64,000 bases of DNA from Patescibacteria group bacterium (lineage in GTDB: Bacteria; Patescibacteriota; Microgenomatia; UBA1400; PJMF01). The notes under the pieces were generated by a model. The model worked only from the letters and a program-made list of their open reading frames with translations, made no database searches and was not told the origin of the DNA. Shown one piece after another: positions 26,953-37,615 of this stretch. The stretch lies in assembly GCA_016861205.1 (NCBI GenBank), contig BOKX01000001.1:603434-667433 (forward strand), read 5' to 3'. Made by a program: the position numbers and the translations under genes. Position 1 is the stretch's first letter; every line of letters begins with the position of its first letter.

Positions 26953-28803
26953 ATGCCCAAATCAAACTTAGAGTCTTCACCGTTGTATCGGCGTGAATTC
27001 AGTGTCCGTATTCCTGTCCGAATCTACCAGGAAATTCTCAACGAGTTGCCAACCGTTCAGTGGCCTTTTACCGACGAACAGTGGGAACAGTTTGCCGTGG
27101 CAGCGGCTAAAAGTTATGACGATAACTCGTTCCTTGAAAGTTTGGTAGCTTTGTATCGCATCTCAAATGCACATGGACGCTCTTTTGATATCAGCGACTT
27201 TGAATATGGAAGTGTCGATAAACAGCAACCGCTCGACTTTGTTTTCTCTGATGAATTCTGGAACGATTTTTGGGAAATGTCCCTAAAAGGCGGTGATGCT
27301 ACCCAGGTCGGTGCAATTTGTTCCAAAGTAGAACCGGGCGGTTTTCGTTACAAAGGGCTCCTCACCCATCGATCACTAATTCGGTGTTTGCGGGGCTCAA
27401 AACTGCTACGACGAGCACATGTCAGTACCGAAATTGTCATGAAAGTCATGGAACCAATTGGTTTGCCGCTGGCTGGCGAAGTTGTCGATATCCCACGCTA
27501 TAAACAATTTTTGATTGATCAAGCTATGAGTACAGCCGTGCCAGAAGTCATCAACGCCGATCATGAACTTCGACCTGTGGCAAAGAGTGATATTCCTGCA
27601 CTCATTAAAGACCTTGATGAAACTACCTTTTTTCTGATGTTGCGCGGCATGACTACTAATATTCGCATGAAAGATTTTTCGCTAGCCAGCACCAAAGACG
27701 AGTTCTTAGCCCTGTTCCGGCACGTCGCCACCATCGTTAATTTTACGCAATTGAGAACTAGCCAGCGATATTCCGAATTTCAGCCATATTTTTTTAATCC
27801 AGATGACGAAGATGATGTGGTCTCATACTTCACCACGCACATTCCTCAGGTTTTTGGTTGTCACTTAGCTGTGTTATCAGATCTTGGTTTGTTACATCAG
27901 TACCTCAACCCTTCCAACATGATTGCCGATGGCGGCATTGCTGACTTGGATAGTATGAAAGGCCCTGCCCTTGGCCTTGGAGATCAACCCAACACCAATG
28001 TGGATATCTTGCTTGAGACCATGAATGCCACTCACTGTTATCAAGACCTGCTCTATGTTTTAGCCCAAAAAGGCTTCATTGAAGTCGAACTGACCTCCAA
28101 GTGGCCACGCCAGAATGATAGCGATGGAAACCCCATCCTTTCTTCAGATGAAATTGACACAGCCCGAGCCATTATGTACTTGTCATACCTCACCAACTGT
28201 CACACTACAGATTTGGAAAGCTTTTGTTTTATGCTGCGTGTGGAACCACTCCTGCTGGCTGAGATGATGGCCCTGATGGAAATAAATCCTGAAATGGCTG
28301 ATCAAATTTGGACAAATGTCAGCCAGAATATTCCCTGGTTTGAGCCACTTGCTATCACCGCAGAAGACTTGCTTAAAGAGTTTGCGCAAACCAAAGTCTC
28401 ACAAGCTGACAGACCAAGCGACTTCGAAACAATTGTTGGTCAGATGATGATTGAAATCATCCGCACCCGGTCTGGCGCGTTGTTCACTGAGTACCAGGAG
28501 TACGCCATTAAACAAATTAGCTTAGAAGTGATTATGAAGTACGGTGACGAACTCAGTGAAATTACTCAAAAATTTGGTGAAGACGTGGCCGATGTGATTC
28601 AGAATTTTATGACCGCTCAAGAAGCTGAGCGAATTATGCAACCGCTGCTCATGAAAATGGCCTTTGTCCTGCGGCCACCGGCTGAATTACTAGCACAGTT
28701 ACCAGAGGGAAACCCGCTTCGCGTTCTCCAGGAACTGCTGCCTGCTGTCAATCAGCCCCCCACATCACCAGCTATCAGCAGTAGTGCTGAAAATAGTTCT
28801 TAG
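26953..28803 (+). CDS. Hypothetical protein, divergent SelO/YdiU-like kinase fold
   Basis: HGRS, SLKGG, RSLIRCLRGSKLL, RGMTTNIRM, LHQYLNPSNMIADGGIADLDS in SelO motif order. Confidence 0.6.
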   Translation: MPKSNLESSPLYRREFSVRIPVRIYQEILNELPTVQWPFTDEQWEQFAVAAAKSYDDNSFLESLVALYRISNAHGRSFDISDFEYGSVDKQQPLDFVFSDEFWNDFWEMSLKGGDATQVGAICSKVEPGGFRYKGLLTHRSLIRCLRGSKLLRRAHVSTEIVMKVMEPIGLPLAGEVVDIPRYKQFLIDQAMSTAVPEVINADHELRPVAKSDIPALIKDLDETTFFLMLRGMTTNIRMKDFSLASTKDEFLALFRHVATIVNFTQLRTSQRYSEFQPYFFNPDDEDDVVSYFTTHIPQVFGCHLAVLSDLGLLHQYLNPSNMIADGGIADLDSMKGPALGLGDQPNTNVDILLETMNATHCYQDLLYVLAQKGFIEVELTSKWPRQNDSDGNPILSSDEIDTARAIMYLSYLTNCHTTDLESFCFMLRVEPLLLAEMMALMEINPEMADQIWTNVSQNIPWFEPLAITAEDLLKEFAQTKVSQADRPSDFETIVGQMMIEIIRTRSGALFTEYQEYAIKQISLEVIMKYGDELSEITQKFGEDVADVIQNFMTAQEAERIMQPLLMKMAFVLRPPAELLAQLPEGNPLRVLQELLPAVNQPPTSPAISSSAENSS

Positions 28804-30569
28804 TACAGTTCGTACTTGCTGAGCAATTTTTTGTTACCTTCAATTTGATACTTCAATAGTTCTGAGTATAAGCCTGGTCGTTTGGCTAGCTCTGGTGGTC
28901 GCCCCATGTCTGCGATCGTACCGTTGTCGAGCACCACAATTCGGTCCACGTTCTGAATCGTTGAAAAGCGGTGGGCAATAATCAGTACTAAGCGATTCTT
29001 GAACAATTTTTCTAATGCATCCTGTACCAATCGCTCGGACTTTGAGTCCAAGCTACTAGTGGCTTCGTCGAGAATCAGAATGGGTTTGTCGTGCAAAATG
29101 GCCCGAGCAATTTGAATCCGTTGTTTTTGACCGCCCGATAGTTTGACACCTCGCTCACCGATTTGAGCATCCAAACCATCTTTGAACTTTGACACAAACT
29201 CGTAGGCATTCGCTTGTTTAAGGGCTTTGATAATTTCAGCATCAGTGGCACCTTTGACGCCATACGCCACATTCTCACGAATCGTTGAAGAGAATAACTC
29301 GTTGTCTTGGAACACCAACGCCATGTGTGATCGCACCCACGCGTGACTGACCGAGCCGTACTTCTGCCCTGACAAGGAGATATGTCCTGCTGTTGGTTCA
29401 TAGAGTTTCAGAATTAAGTTAATTAATGTCGTCTTGCCAGCCCCGGAGTTACCGACTAAGGCAACGGTTTCTTGCTTATCAAGCTGAAGATTAATGTCAT
29501 GTAAAACTGGGTTGTCAGGATCGTACGAGAAACTCACCTGTTCGAAGGCAAGCTCTGGGTGCTTCACCACAGGTGCCAATGGCTTGGTTTGATAAACCTC
29601 ACTGCCCTCTAAATCTAAAACTTCAAAAAAGGCTTTTGAGTCAGCTTCCGCTTGCTGCACCTGTTCCAAAATGTAACTCATTCCAAACAGTGGCCAGCGC
29701 AACTGGTTCAAAACCTGGATAATTAGCACCATCTCACCTAATGTCAGGGTGCCTAAAAAGGTGCTCCGGAAAATCAAAAACAAAATAATCACGAACGCTA
29801 CCTCAAGCCCAAAACCACGAACAAAATTGAGCACGTGATACTCAGTTGATTGGTGATCGTAAATATCATTAATGTGTTGGTACTGGCTGGAAACATGCTT
29901 CCACTCTCGTTGTTGCGTGTTGTACGTTTTAACTAGCTTTATGTTGCTTATCACTTCTTGGATGCGACCTCGCACTGAGTCTTCATAGACATTCTTTTTG
30001 GCTTGCGACATCCCCCAGCGGCGGGTGGAGTAGCTGGAAATGGCGATATATATGGGGAAAACTGCTAACGCCAATAGCCCGATGGTGACATTAAAGTACA
30101 TCAAAACAGCAATGCCAAAGAAAGCCTGTAAAAGGGCTGGGGCCATGAAGTTTGTGGTCGAACCAACAAACTCTCGAATTGATAAAATTCCTCGATTGAG
30201 CTGGTTGACTATCTTGCCAGAAATTTCTGAGTCAAAGTACTTTTGAGGCAAAGAAAATATCTGTCGATAATAAACTTCTGTTAAGTAGCGTCCGAGTCTT
30301 GATGAAATAAAATCACCGAGACGCTGGCTGATCGAACTTAAAATAATCCCGCCTAAATTTATAACCAGAATAAGTGCAAAGAGCAGGATCAGTCTTTGAT
30401 AGTTGCCCGTGCCGTTCCCGATCTGGTTTGACAACTCGTCGACAACATACTTCAAAGTGATTGGCGTAGCTTGCTGCAAGATGGCTTGAATTGTGATCAA
30501 GCCACAAGCTACCCACATCCAGCCGTGCATAGGTTGCGAAAGTTTGATGATCTTTATGATATTTTTCAC
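28800..30569 (-). CDS. ABC transporter, fused permease/ATP-binding (MsbA-like exporter)
   Basis: Six TM helices, GNSGAGKTT, LSGGQKQR, ILDEATSSLD, IAHR. Confidence 0.95.
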   Translation of the reverse strand: MKNIIKIIKLSQPMHGWMWVACGLITIQAILQQATPITLKYVVDELSNQIGNGTGNYQRLILLFALILVINLGGIILSSISQRLGDFISSRLGRYLTEVYYRQIFSLPQKYFDSEISGKIVNQLNRGILSIREFVGSTTNFMAPALLQAFFGIAVLMYFNVTIGLLALAVFPIYIAISSYSTRRWGMSQAKKNVYEDSVRGRIQEVISNIKLVKTYNTQQREWKHVSSQYQHINDIYDHQSTEYHVLNFVRGFGLEVAFVIILFLIFRSTFLGTLTLGEMVLIIQVLNQLRWPLFGMSYILEQVQQAEADSKAFFEVLDLEGSEVYQTKPLAPVVKHPELAFEQVSFSYDPDNPVLHDINLQLDKQETVALVGNSGAGKTTLINLILKLYEPTAGHISLSGQKYGSVSHAWVRSHMALVFQDNELFSSTIRENVAYGVKGATDAEIIKALKQANAYEFVSKFKDGLDAQIGERGVKLSGGQKQRIQIARAILHDKPILILDEATSSLDSKSERLVQDALEKLFKNRLVLIIAHRFSTIQNVDRIVVLDNGTIADMGRPPELAKRPGLYSELLKYQIEGNKKLLSKYELY

Positions 30570-30668
30570 AGTTAGAAAGGTATGATAACAATCCAGTTTA
30601 CCGAGCACAACCCGAAAACAAACTCTGGGAACAGCATCTCAACGCAAGCGGCAGCTACCAGCTTGAAT

Positions 30669-31847
30669 CTACTCCATCACAAACGTCAGGGCCTGGCCTA
30701 CCTTACCCGCTCGGCCAGTTCGACCAATGCGGTGAACGTAGTCATCGTAGGTAGTTGGTTCATCAAAGTTGATCACGTGGGTGACACCATCGACGTCGAT
30801 ACCACGCGCAGCTACGTCAGTAGCTAGTAACACTTTGACCCGACCTTGTTTCAAATCTTGGAGAGACTTCAAGCGCGCATTTTGGCTTTTGTTTCCATGG
30901 ATCGCACTCACCCGCACCCCACGATTAAACAGTTGGGTCTGTAGTTTGTTGATACCATGTTTCGTTCGACCAAAAACAATCACTTTTTCAAACTCAACTT
31001 GTTGCAATAACTGATGTAAAACATCAATTTTGCTTTCACCAGGTTTGAGCTTAATGACGTCTTGGTTGATGTGCTGTGCTGTCACCTGCTTAGCCACACT
31101 GACTTTGACTGGCTGATGTAAAAATCGAGCCATAATTTGTTCTGTTTCAGCATTCATCGTAGCGCTAAACAAAGCGGCTTGCCGCTCAGCTGGCAGCTGT
31201 GAAATCAGAAACAGAATGTCTTTGCGAAATCCGATATCCAGCATTCGATCAACTTCATCCAAGACTACATTAGTGTAGAGTTCTGGTTTGAAGGCCTGTC
31301 GCTGGATCAAATCTTTAATCCGGCCCGGAGTTCCCACGACAAAGTGAGGGTCACTCTGGAGTCGGTTAATTTGATTGTTGATGTTCATGCCGCCAATACA
31401 AGATGCCAAACCAATTGGCATGTTTTTTGCGAACGCGGTTAGTTCATCAAAAATCTGGACAGCCAGTTCTCGGGTGGGAGCTAAAATCAACACACCCTGA
31501 TTTGAGTTCAGTAGTACTTTATTGATGAGAGGTAACAAAAAGGCAGCTGTTTTGCCGGTGCCAGTGTTGGCAATTCCGACTACGTCGCGGCCCGCCATGA
31601 GATTGGGAATCGCTTGATCTTGGATTGGAGTAGGTACAGTGTACCCACGTCTGGCTACAGCTTCCACGAGTTCTGGCTCAAAGCCAAAGTCGGCAAAGCT
31701 ATGAGTGACTTGATAGCTGGCTGTTTCAGCTACTGGTTGGGCAGCATGAACGTACCGCGTCCAATGAGTGGTAGCAGTACTGGTAGGTAATGAAGCGGAC
31801 CGCTGTGGACGGAAAAACCGACCTCGTCCGCGTGACGAATATGACAT
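30669..31847 (-). CDS. DEAD-box RNA helicase (DEVD variant)
   Basis: PTPIQ, GTGKT, PTRELA, TPGR, DEVD, SAT, ARGID, HRIGRTGR. Confidence 0.96.
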   Translation of the reverse strand: MSYSSRGRGRFFRPQRSASLPTSTATTHWTRYVHAAQPVAETASYQVTHSFADFGFEPELVEAVARRGYTVPTPIQDQAIPNLMAGRDVVGIANTGTGKTAAFLLPLINKVLLNSNQGVLILAPTRELAVQIFDELTAFAKNMPIGLASCIGGMNINNQINRLQSDPHFVVGTPGRIKDLIQRQAFKPELYTNVVLDEVDRMLDIGFRKDILFLISQLPAERQAALFSATMNAETEQIMARFLHQPVKVSVAKQVTAQHINQDVIKLKPGESKIDVLHQLLQQVEFEKVIVFGRTKHGINKLQTQLFNRGVRVSAIHGNKSQNARLKSLQDLKQGRVKVLLATDVAARGIDVDGVTHVINFDEPTTYDDYVHRIGRTGRAGKVGQALTFVME

Positions 31848-31925
31848 AGTTCCTTTAACTAAGTACGCTGCGGAGAGAATCGCATGCTTCACCAAAAGAG
31901 GAAAAGTTTCAAACCGAAGACTTTC

Positions 31926-31954
31926 ATTATAACCCAAAACGTCCTATAAGTCAA
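31926..31954 (-). promoter_or_regulatory. Sigma70 promoter of the DEAD-box helicase
   Basis: Minus-strand TTGACT-N17-TATAAT. Confidence 0.8.
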
Positions 31955-32001
31955 AAGTTGTTGTGACCTAACCATCGCTCAACGACAAGAATAATCCTGC
32001 A

Positions 32002-32247
32002 CTACTCCTCAGCCTTGACATCATAACCCAGCGTTTTAACCGCCTGGATCAGCTTCCGCTGTGTCACTTGTTTTGGATCAAAAATCACTTCAGTTTTGGC
32101 CTTGGCATAGGAAGTCGTGGCTGATATCACTCCCGGAGTTTCTTCCAACGTAGCATCGATAGTTAAGCTACAACTCGTGCAGTGCATTCCCACAATGTAC
32201 AAAGTAGCTTTGGTCCCGGTAGGAGTCGATTTCGAAAATGGCCACAT
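32002..32247 (-). CDS. Heavy-metal-associated (CopZ-like) chaperone
   Basis: GMHCTSC HMA motif. Confidence 0.9.
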   Translation of the reverse strand: MWPFSKSTPTGTKATLYIVGMHCTSCSLTIDATLEETPGVISATTSYAKAKTEVIFDPKQVTQRKLIQAVKTLGYDVKAEE

Positions 32248-32258
32248 ATCTTCCTCTC

Positions 32259-33335
32259 TTACAAAACTTCTAGTGTTCCGGTGTACATACCCATCGAACA
32301 GCTAAAGGTGTAACGGCCCGGCTTCGTTGGCGTAAAGGTAAAAGTTTGCTGATCGTTGGCTTCCAAAAATGTATCTATGCCAAACTCTGGGAACACGAAC
32401 GCAGCTGCACACGAGTAGGTACCGTTGCTCTGCAGGGTCAACTCAACCGGCACATTTCTGTTCACCTTAATGTACCGAGGCTGATAGCCACTATTCATAA
32501 CCCTTATTAAGACTTTTTGTGGACCAGAACCTTGCCGCACTTCAGCTGATCTCTTTTCGAATCGTTCATCCGAGAAAAAGTACTCCACTGGTTGCCAAAT
32601 TTTTTGGATCGTGACCGGCGAGTCCAGTACGACCAACACCCCATTGAGTCCGTAGATGGCCATCGCCACTAAAGCCACCGCCGCCACTTGGGTAAACTTG
32701 CGATACCAACCTTCACTCAGTTTGGCTGTCGCCAAACCTAAAGCTGCGAACAAAGGTGAAGTTCCCAACACAAACACCCCCATAATCAGCGCACCTTGGA
32801 TTGGTGAACCTGAGTTAATGGCCAGCACTTCCATGGCCTGCGTCACCCCACACGGTACAAAAATAGTTACCAACCCCAACATAGCTGGAGCAAAAAGCTC
32901 CCGCCGCTGACTCGAACCCCGAACTAGCTTCTGCAAAAATTTTGGCGGCTGAAAAGCCACGTAGCGAAAAATGGGGTGTACATCCAAGAGGTTCATGGCA
33001 GTCGCGAACATAAAGAAGGCGGTAAAGGCTTGGAAAAAAAGCCGCACTCCCACGCTCAAACTAATCACGGACCCCAACCAACCCAACAAGAAACCCAACA
33101 TAATGTGAGCCACTAACTTGGAAACCAAAAACATGCCAACCGGCCACCAGTCTCGGCGGTCAATGACCGTTAGTTTGGCAGCTTGAGCTCGTTGAGCGGC
33201 CGACTTCTGTTTTTGCTCATCGTGTTCTGCATCTTTTTGGTTGGCAATCACACTGGCCAGCAGCCCGCCTTGCATAGCCAAGCAAGTTAACCCCCCAGTT
33301 GTCAGCCCTGTTAGAAAAATGATCCACAGATTCAT
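32259..33335 (-). CDS. TauE/DsbD_2-type membrane protein with C-terminal cupredoxin domain
   Basis: TCLAMQGG, VPCGVTQ, C-terminal FSCSMGMYTG. Confidence 0.88.
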   Translation of the reverse strand: MNLWIIFLTGLTTGGLTCLAMQGGLLASVIANQKDAEHDEQKQKSAAQRAQAAKLTVIDRRDWWPVGMFLVSKLVAHIMLGFLLGWLGSVISLSVGVRLFFQAFTAFFMFATAMNLLDVHPIFRYVAFQPPKFLQKLVRGSSQRRELFAPAMLGLVTIFVPCGVTQAMEVLAINSGSPIQGALIMGVFVLGTSPLFAALGLATAKLSEGWYRKFTQVAAVALVAMAIYGLNGVLVVLDSPVTIQKIWQPVEYFFSDERFEKRSAEVRQGSGPQKVLIRVMNSGYQPRYIKVNRNVPVELTLQSNGTYSCAAAFVFPEFGIDTFLEANDQQTFTFTPTKPGRYTFSCSMGMYTGTLEVL

Positions 33336-33341
33336 ACTCGG

Positions 33342-35702
33342 TTACCTTTCGATGTTAGCCTTTTTGAGGCGGAGTGCATTTAAAACTACTGAGACACTTG
33401 AGAAACCCATGGCCGCACCAGCAATGGCTGGATTGAGCAAAATGCCCCAAATTGGGTACAACGCGCCAGCGGCAACTGGGATGCTGACTACATTGTAAAA
33501 GAAAGCCCAAAATAAGTTTTGTTTAATTGTCCGCATCGTCGCTCGTGCCAGGCGCACAGCAGTTGGCAGTTTCGCCAGCTGACCACCGAGCAAGGTCACT
33601 CCCGCTGACTCAATAGCCACATCGGTGCCTGTGCCCATGGCGATACCAACTTCAGCAGTGGCCAAAGCTGGGGCATCGTTAATGCCGTCTCCGACCATCG
33701 CGACTTTGTAGCCGGCTGCCTGCAGCTTCTGCACTTCGGCGGCTTTATCGCCAGGTAAAACCTCTGCTAAAACTTGATCGATACCCACTTGATTCGCAAT
33801 AGACCGAGCGGTAGCTGTTTGGTCGCCGGTCAGCAGCGCTACCTTCAGCCCCAAGCGGTGGAGAGTAGCGATAGTCTCTTTGGCCTCATCTTTAACCGTG
33901 TCAGCGATAGCCACATACCCCAGAACCTGCTTTTTGTTCATGACCAGGACTGGTGTTTTACCACTCTCAGCAAACTCGCGAATCACGGCTTCCTCAAACT
34001 GGTGCCCAAGGCTTTTAGCCAGTCGCGGGTTACCAGCCCAAATCTGCTCATGATTGATCCAGCCGGTTAAACCCTGTCCTTCGATAATCGAGAACTTGCT
34101 AACAGTTGGCAAACGCAGTTGCTCTGTTTCCGCTTTTTCTACTACGGCTTGCGCCAACGGATGCTCGGAGTGACGCTCCAAAGCGGCCAGCGTCCGCAGC
34201 AGCTGTGTCTCGGTCAGTTGACCGGCCGGGACAATGTCAGTAACAGCTGGTTGACCTTTGGTAACGGTGCCAGTTTTGTCCAAAACCATGTAGTCTACCC
34301 CACTTAGTCGTTCTAGCTGCTCGGCATTTTTGATCAAAATCCCGTGTTGGGCAGCTTTACCCACACCCACAATCACCGCCGTCGGCGTGGCCAAACCCAT
34401 GGCGCACGGACAAGCAATAACCAGGATGCCGACAAAGCTCACCACTCCCAAAGTCAGGGCTTGAGAAATAGGCATGAACTGTGAACCGACCAAAATCCAA
34501 AACGCCAACACCACAACGGCGAGCACCATCACCACTGGCACAAACACAGCCGAGATTTGGTCAGCCAATTTCTCGATTGGTGCCTTAGAACCTTGGGCCG
34601 TCTCTACCATCTTGATGATTTGTGACAACATGGTTTCACTACCGACTTGGGTGGCTTTGAACTGAAACGCGCCTTGTTTGTTGAGCGTCGCGCCGATCAC
34701 CTGGTCTCCGACTTTTTTGTCGACTGGCAACGACTCACCTGTCACCATCGATTCATCAAGTGATGAAGCTCCTTTAATAATCTCACCGTCTACTGGCACT
34801 TTTTGGCCCGGCTTCACAATCACGATGTCACCAACTTTGACTTCTTCTGCGGCCACCTCGACTTCTTTACCATCGCGTAACACAATCGCTCGTTTAGCTT
34901 GCAGACCAAGTAGCTTCTCAATAGCTTCACCAGTGCGCAACTTAGATCGGGACTCCAAGAACTTACCCAACGTGATGAAACCGATCACTACGATAGTCAC
35001 ATCATAGTAGGTCTGCTCAGTGTTCATGTATGGAGCTAAGGCATTTTCGAATGCTGACAGAATGAAGCTGTAGAGAAAGGCGGTCAGTGTGCCGATACCC
35101 ACCAAACTGTCCATGTTGGCAGCGCGATACTTAATAAATCGCCAGATTCCCAACAGGTACGGGACACCAATTACAAACATGGTGTAGGTTGCCAGGATTG
35201 GCAGTAAGTGGTGGAAAAAGACCATCATGATGTCGGGCATTTCCGGCCAAAGTCCCAGTGGTTCAGCCCCGATCTCCCAGGTCATGACAAAAACACTAAT
35301 GGCCATGAACGGAATGAGAATTTGAACTTGCCGCTTGAGTTTGGCTAACTCTTGCAGTTTTCGGACTTTTACCGCCTGGTCAGAGGTCAGAGGAGTCATG
35401 AGGTCATGACCGGCATGCGGCGAGCGATCCATATCATGTCCTGCATGTTGCTGATGCCCTTGGTTTGGCTCCATGGGCTGACTGTCATCTAGCAAAGTGT
35501 ATCCAAGTTTACTGAGCTCATGATTCATGGCTGCCACTGTGGTCTGGTCAGGGTCAAATGAGATCGTGGCCTTTTCTGTGCCGAAGTTAACTTGGCACTT
35601 TTCAACGCCTGGCATTTTTGACAAGGTCCGCTGAATGGTACTCGCACACGAGGCGCAGTGCATACCTGTAATCGGTAATGATTGGTCATGTTTAGTTGAC
35701 AT
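33342..35702 (-). CDS. copA: Copper-translocating P1B-type ATPase
   Basis: [33 protein letters not shown] and MGFSS motifs. Confidence 0.97.
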   Translation of the reverse strand: MSTKHDQSLPITGMHCASCASTIQRTLSKMPGVEKCQVNFGTEKATISFDPDQTTVAAMNHELSKLGYTLLDDSQPMEPNQGHQQHAGHDMDRSPHAGHDLMTPLTSDQAVKVRKLQELAKLKRQVQILIPFMAISVFVMTWEIGAEPLGLWPEMPDIMMVFFHHLLPILATYTMFVIGVPYLLGIWRFIKYRAANMDSLVGIGTLTAFLYSFILSAFENALAPYMNTEQTYYDVTIVVIGFITLGKFLESRSKLRTGEAIEKLLGLQAKRAIVLRDGKEVEVAAEEVKVGDIVIVKPGQKVPVDGEIIKGASSLDESMVTGESLPVDKKVGDQVIGATLNKQGAFQFKATQVGSETMLSQIIKMVETAQGSKAPIEKLADQISAVFVPVVMVLAVVVLAFWILVGSQFMPISQALTLGVVSFVGILVIACPCAMGLATPTAVIVGVGKAAQHGILIKNAEQLERLSGVDYMVLDKTGTVTKGQPAVTDIVPAGQLTETQLLRTLAALERHSEHPLAQAVVEKAETEQLRLPTVSKFSIIEGQGLTGWINHEQIWAGNPRLAKSLGHQFEEAVIREFAESGKTPVLVMNKKQVLGYVAIADTVKDEAKETIATLHRLGLKVALLTGDQTATARSIANQVGIDQVLAEVLPGDKAAEVQKLQAAGYKVAMVGDGINDAPALATAEVGIAMGTGTDVAIESAGVTLLGGQLAKLPTAVRLARATMRTIKQNLFWAFFYNVVSIPVAAGALYPIWGILLNPAIAGAAMGFSSVSVVLNALRLKKANIER

Positions 35703-36174
35703 ACGCCTCCGGTTTAGTTTTAAACTTTTTGAGACAACCACTGGCACAAAAGTAAAACTGACGACCATGAAAGTCAGCTGAAAAATTAGCTGTGCATGGG
35801 GACAATCGCATACCGCAAACAGGGTCGTGAACGACTGGTGTTAACTCCTGCATGCTGAGAGCCAAGTGCTCAGCCAGCTCAGATCCGCGATGACGTTCAA
35901 TCAGAACATTGCGCAGTAAGTCGGTAGCTTTGACAATATTGGCATCAGCTAAGCAATAAATAATCTGTTTCCCATTACGCTCACAGGTCACAATACCAGC
36001 ATCACGCAGCACCATCAGATGTTGACTGATGTTTGCCTGTGGCAAGTCCAGCATTTCGTAAATGTCTGAGACACACAGCGGTTTATCCCGAAGGAGACGA
36101 ATAATTTCCAGTCGTCGTGGATGGGCTAACGCTTTCAGCAACTCCGCATGGAGCTCAAACATCGTTTCGTACAT
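35692..36174 (-). CDS. ArsR-family regulator fused to a YHS domain
   Basis: [10 protein letters not shown]...[12 protein letters not shown] plus DPVCGM...FYFCASGC. Confidence 0.92.
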   Translation of the reverse strand: MYETMFELHAELLKALAHPRRLEIIRLLRDKPLCVSDIYEMLDLPQANISQHLMVLRDAGIVTCERNGKQIIYCLADANIVKATDLLRNVLIERHRGSELAEHLALSMQELTPVVHDPVCGMRLSPCTANFSADFHGRQFYFCASGCLKKFKTKPEAYVN

Positions 36175-36194
36175 ATTCGAATAATAGAATATGT
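36171..36194. promoter_or_regulatory. 8-8-8 inverted repeat overlapping the -10 and start codon of ArsR-YHS; putative operator
   Basis: ACATATTC-GAATAATA-GAATATGT. Confidence 0.75.
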
Positions 36195-36281
36195 TTGACG
36201 GGCAGACAAGTGCTAATTCGTCACATCAAAAACCATCTCTGAGCAACAAAATCAATCAAAAACGATGCGAGGCAAGAAATT

Positions 36282-36698
36282 TTAAGCTTTTGGTCCAGTA
36301 ATGTTTACCATCCACTGAATACCAAACTTGTCGGTAAACATGCCAAAAGTATCCCCCCAAGGGGCTTTATTGAGAGGCATCGTAATGTTGCCCCCTGCTG
36401 ACAGTTTGTCCCAAAACGCACGCAACTCAGCTTCGTTATCACCGCTCAAAGATAGACTGATGTTTGAACCAGGCTCATAACCCATCGCAGTTGAAGTATC
36501 TGAAACCATGAATGTCATACCATTTTCGGCTTCCAACATGGCGTGCATTACTCGATTGTTATCTGCTGGGTCTTGCGCCATGTTGGCTTCACCAAAAGTG
36601 GTGAGATCGAGCTTGCCGCCAAAAACACTATGGTAAAACTCGGCAACTTGACGAGCTTCACCATTAAAGTTGATATATGGATTGAGAATACTTTTCAT
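36282..36698 (-). CDS. VOC/PhnB-family protein
   Basis: LNPYINFNG, VMHA, WGDTFGMFTDKFGIQWMVN. Confidence 0.93.
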   Translation of the reverse strand: MKSILNPYINFNGEARQVAEFYHSVFGGKLDLTTFGEANMAQDPADNNRVMHAMLEAENGMTFMVSDTSTAMGYEPGSNISLSLSGDNEAELRAFWDKLSAGGNITMPLNKAPWGDTFGMFTDKFGIQWMVNITGPKA

Positions 36699-36801
36699 GG
36701 GAACCTTGTGAGGTAGAAGTACTTTTGTCATTCTAGCACGGCGAGCGTAATAAAAATTACAGTCATCCAGAATATCGAAAAGTAACTACGTTCTGGTGTG
36801 C

Positions 36802-37197
36802 TTATTCACGCACTAACCATCGCCAAACGGGAGCAGTGATGTTTTTCTTTCCAGACAGTAAGTTAATGGCTTTACTCAGCTCATACTGACTCAGCATTTG
36901 ATCAAGCGGCTCTCGCTCGGGCATGTTCCCGGTATAGTACTCTTGCAGCACTGGCAAAGCCTGCTGATTGCCGAGTTGCCCCAAGACCCACACCGCATCA
37001 TTACGGGGTCGAAAGGGCTGCTGTTCATCTCGAAGTTGTGTTATTAACGATTCAGTACACGGCTGTTGATAGCGAGCTTGAGCTAGCTGACATTGTTTAA
37101 ACACTTCGAACCCAATCACTGCGCCAAGCGCAATGTATGCACTAAGCACTAGCAGCACCATACCTATTAACACGTACGTTATGATCCTTTTTGTCAT
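36802..37197 (-). CDS. Membrane-anchored hypothetical protein with a HEAT-like repeat
   Basis: N-terminal TM; RNDAVWVLGQLGNQQALPVL. Confidence 0.7.
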   Translation of the reverse strand: MTKRIITYVLIGMVLLVLSAYIALGAVIGFEVFKQCQLAQARYQQPCTESLITQLRDEQQPFRPRNDAVWVLGQLGNQQALPVLQEYYTGNMPEREPLDQMLSQYELSKAINLLSGKKNITAPVWRWLVRE

Positions 37198-37198
37198 C

Positions 37199-37573
37199 TT
37201 AACTTTTTGCCACTACCGACTTAGTTTTCCACCAACCAACCGCCATTGGCAACGCCAATGTCAGCAGGTAGTACAGATAGACATCAAGTTTGTAGTATCC
37301 ATCAGCTGGTTTGAGCAGTTGAACCAAAAAGACGTAATCGCACACTACCGCAATCACTAGCCACCCGACTGACAAGAGCGCGAATTGTGACAACGAACTT
37401 AGTTTGACCTTTTTGAACAGCACCCAGAGCGTGACTGCAATTCCGAATGGGGTGATAACCCACCCCAACAACTCAGGTGGCACGACTGCGAAGAGAATGA
37501 TTCCCAGCACATATCCAAATAGCCAGAGACCAAATCCCCAACCGAACATGTTCATGAGTAGTTGTTTTGACAT
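37199..37573 (-). CDS. Hypothetical membrane protein
   Basis: Four hydrophobic helices; -10 TATAGT 6 nt before the ATG. Confidence 0.75.
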   Translation of the reverse strand: MSKQLLMNMFGWGFGLWLFGYVLGIILFAVVPPELLGWVITPFGIAVTLWVLFKKVKLSSLSQFALLSVGWLVIAVVCDYVFLVQLLKPADGYYKLDVYLYYLLTLALPMAVGWWKTKSVVAKS

Positions 37574-37615
37574 AGCTCAACTATACCACCGCGCCAAGCG
37601 TGCTAAAATGCCTCC

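Noticed and set aside
31869-31875. TGCGGAG matching the tRNA-Ser 3' end
   Set aside because: Only 7 bp, lacks the GGG/GAACCC continuation, 29 kb away, and is explained as a stem in the helicase leader.
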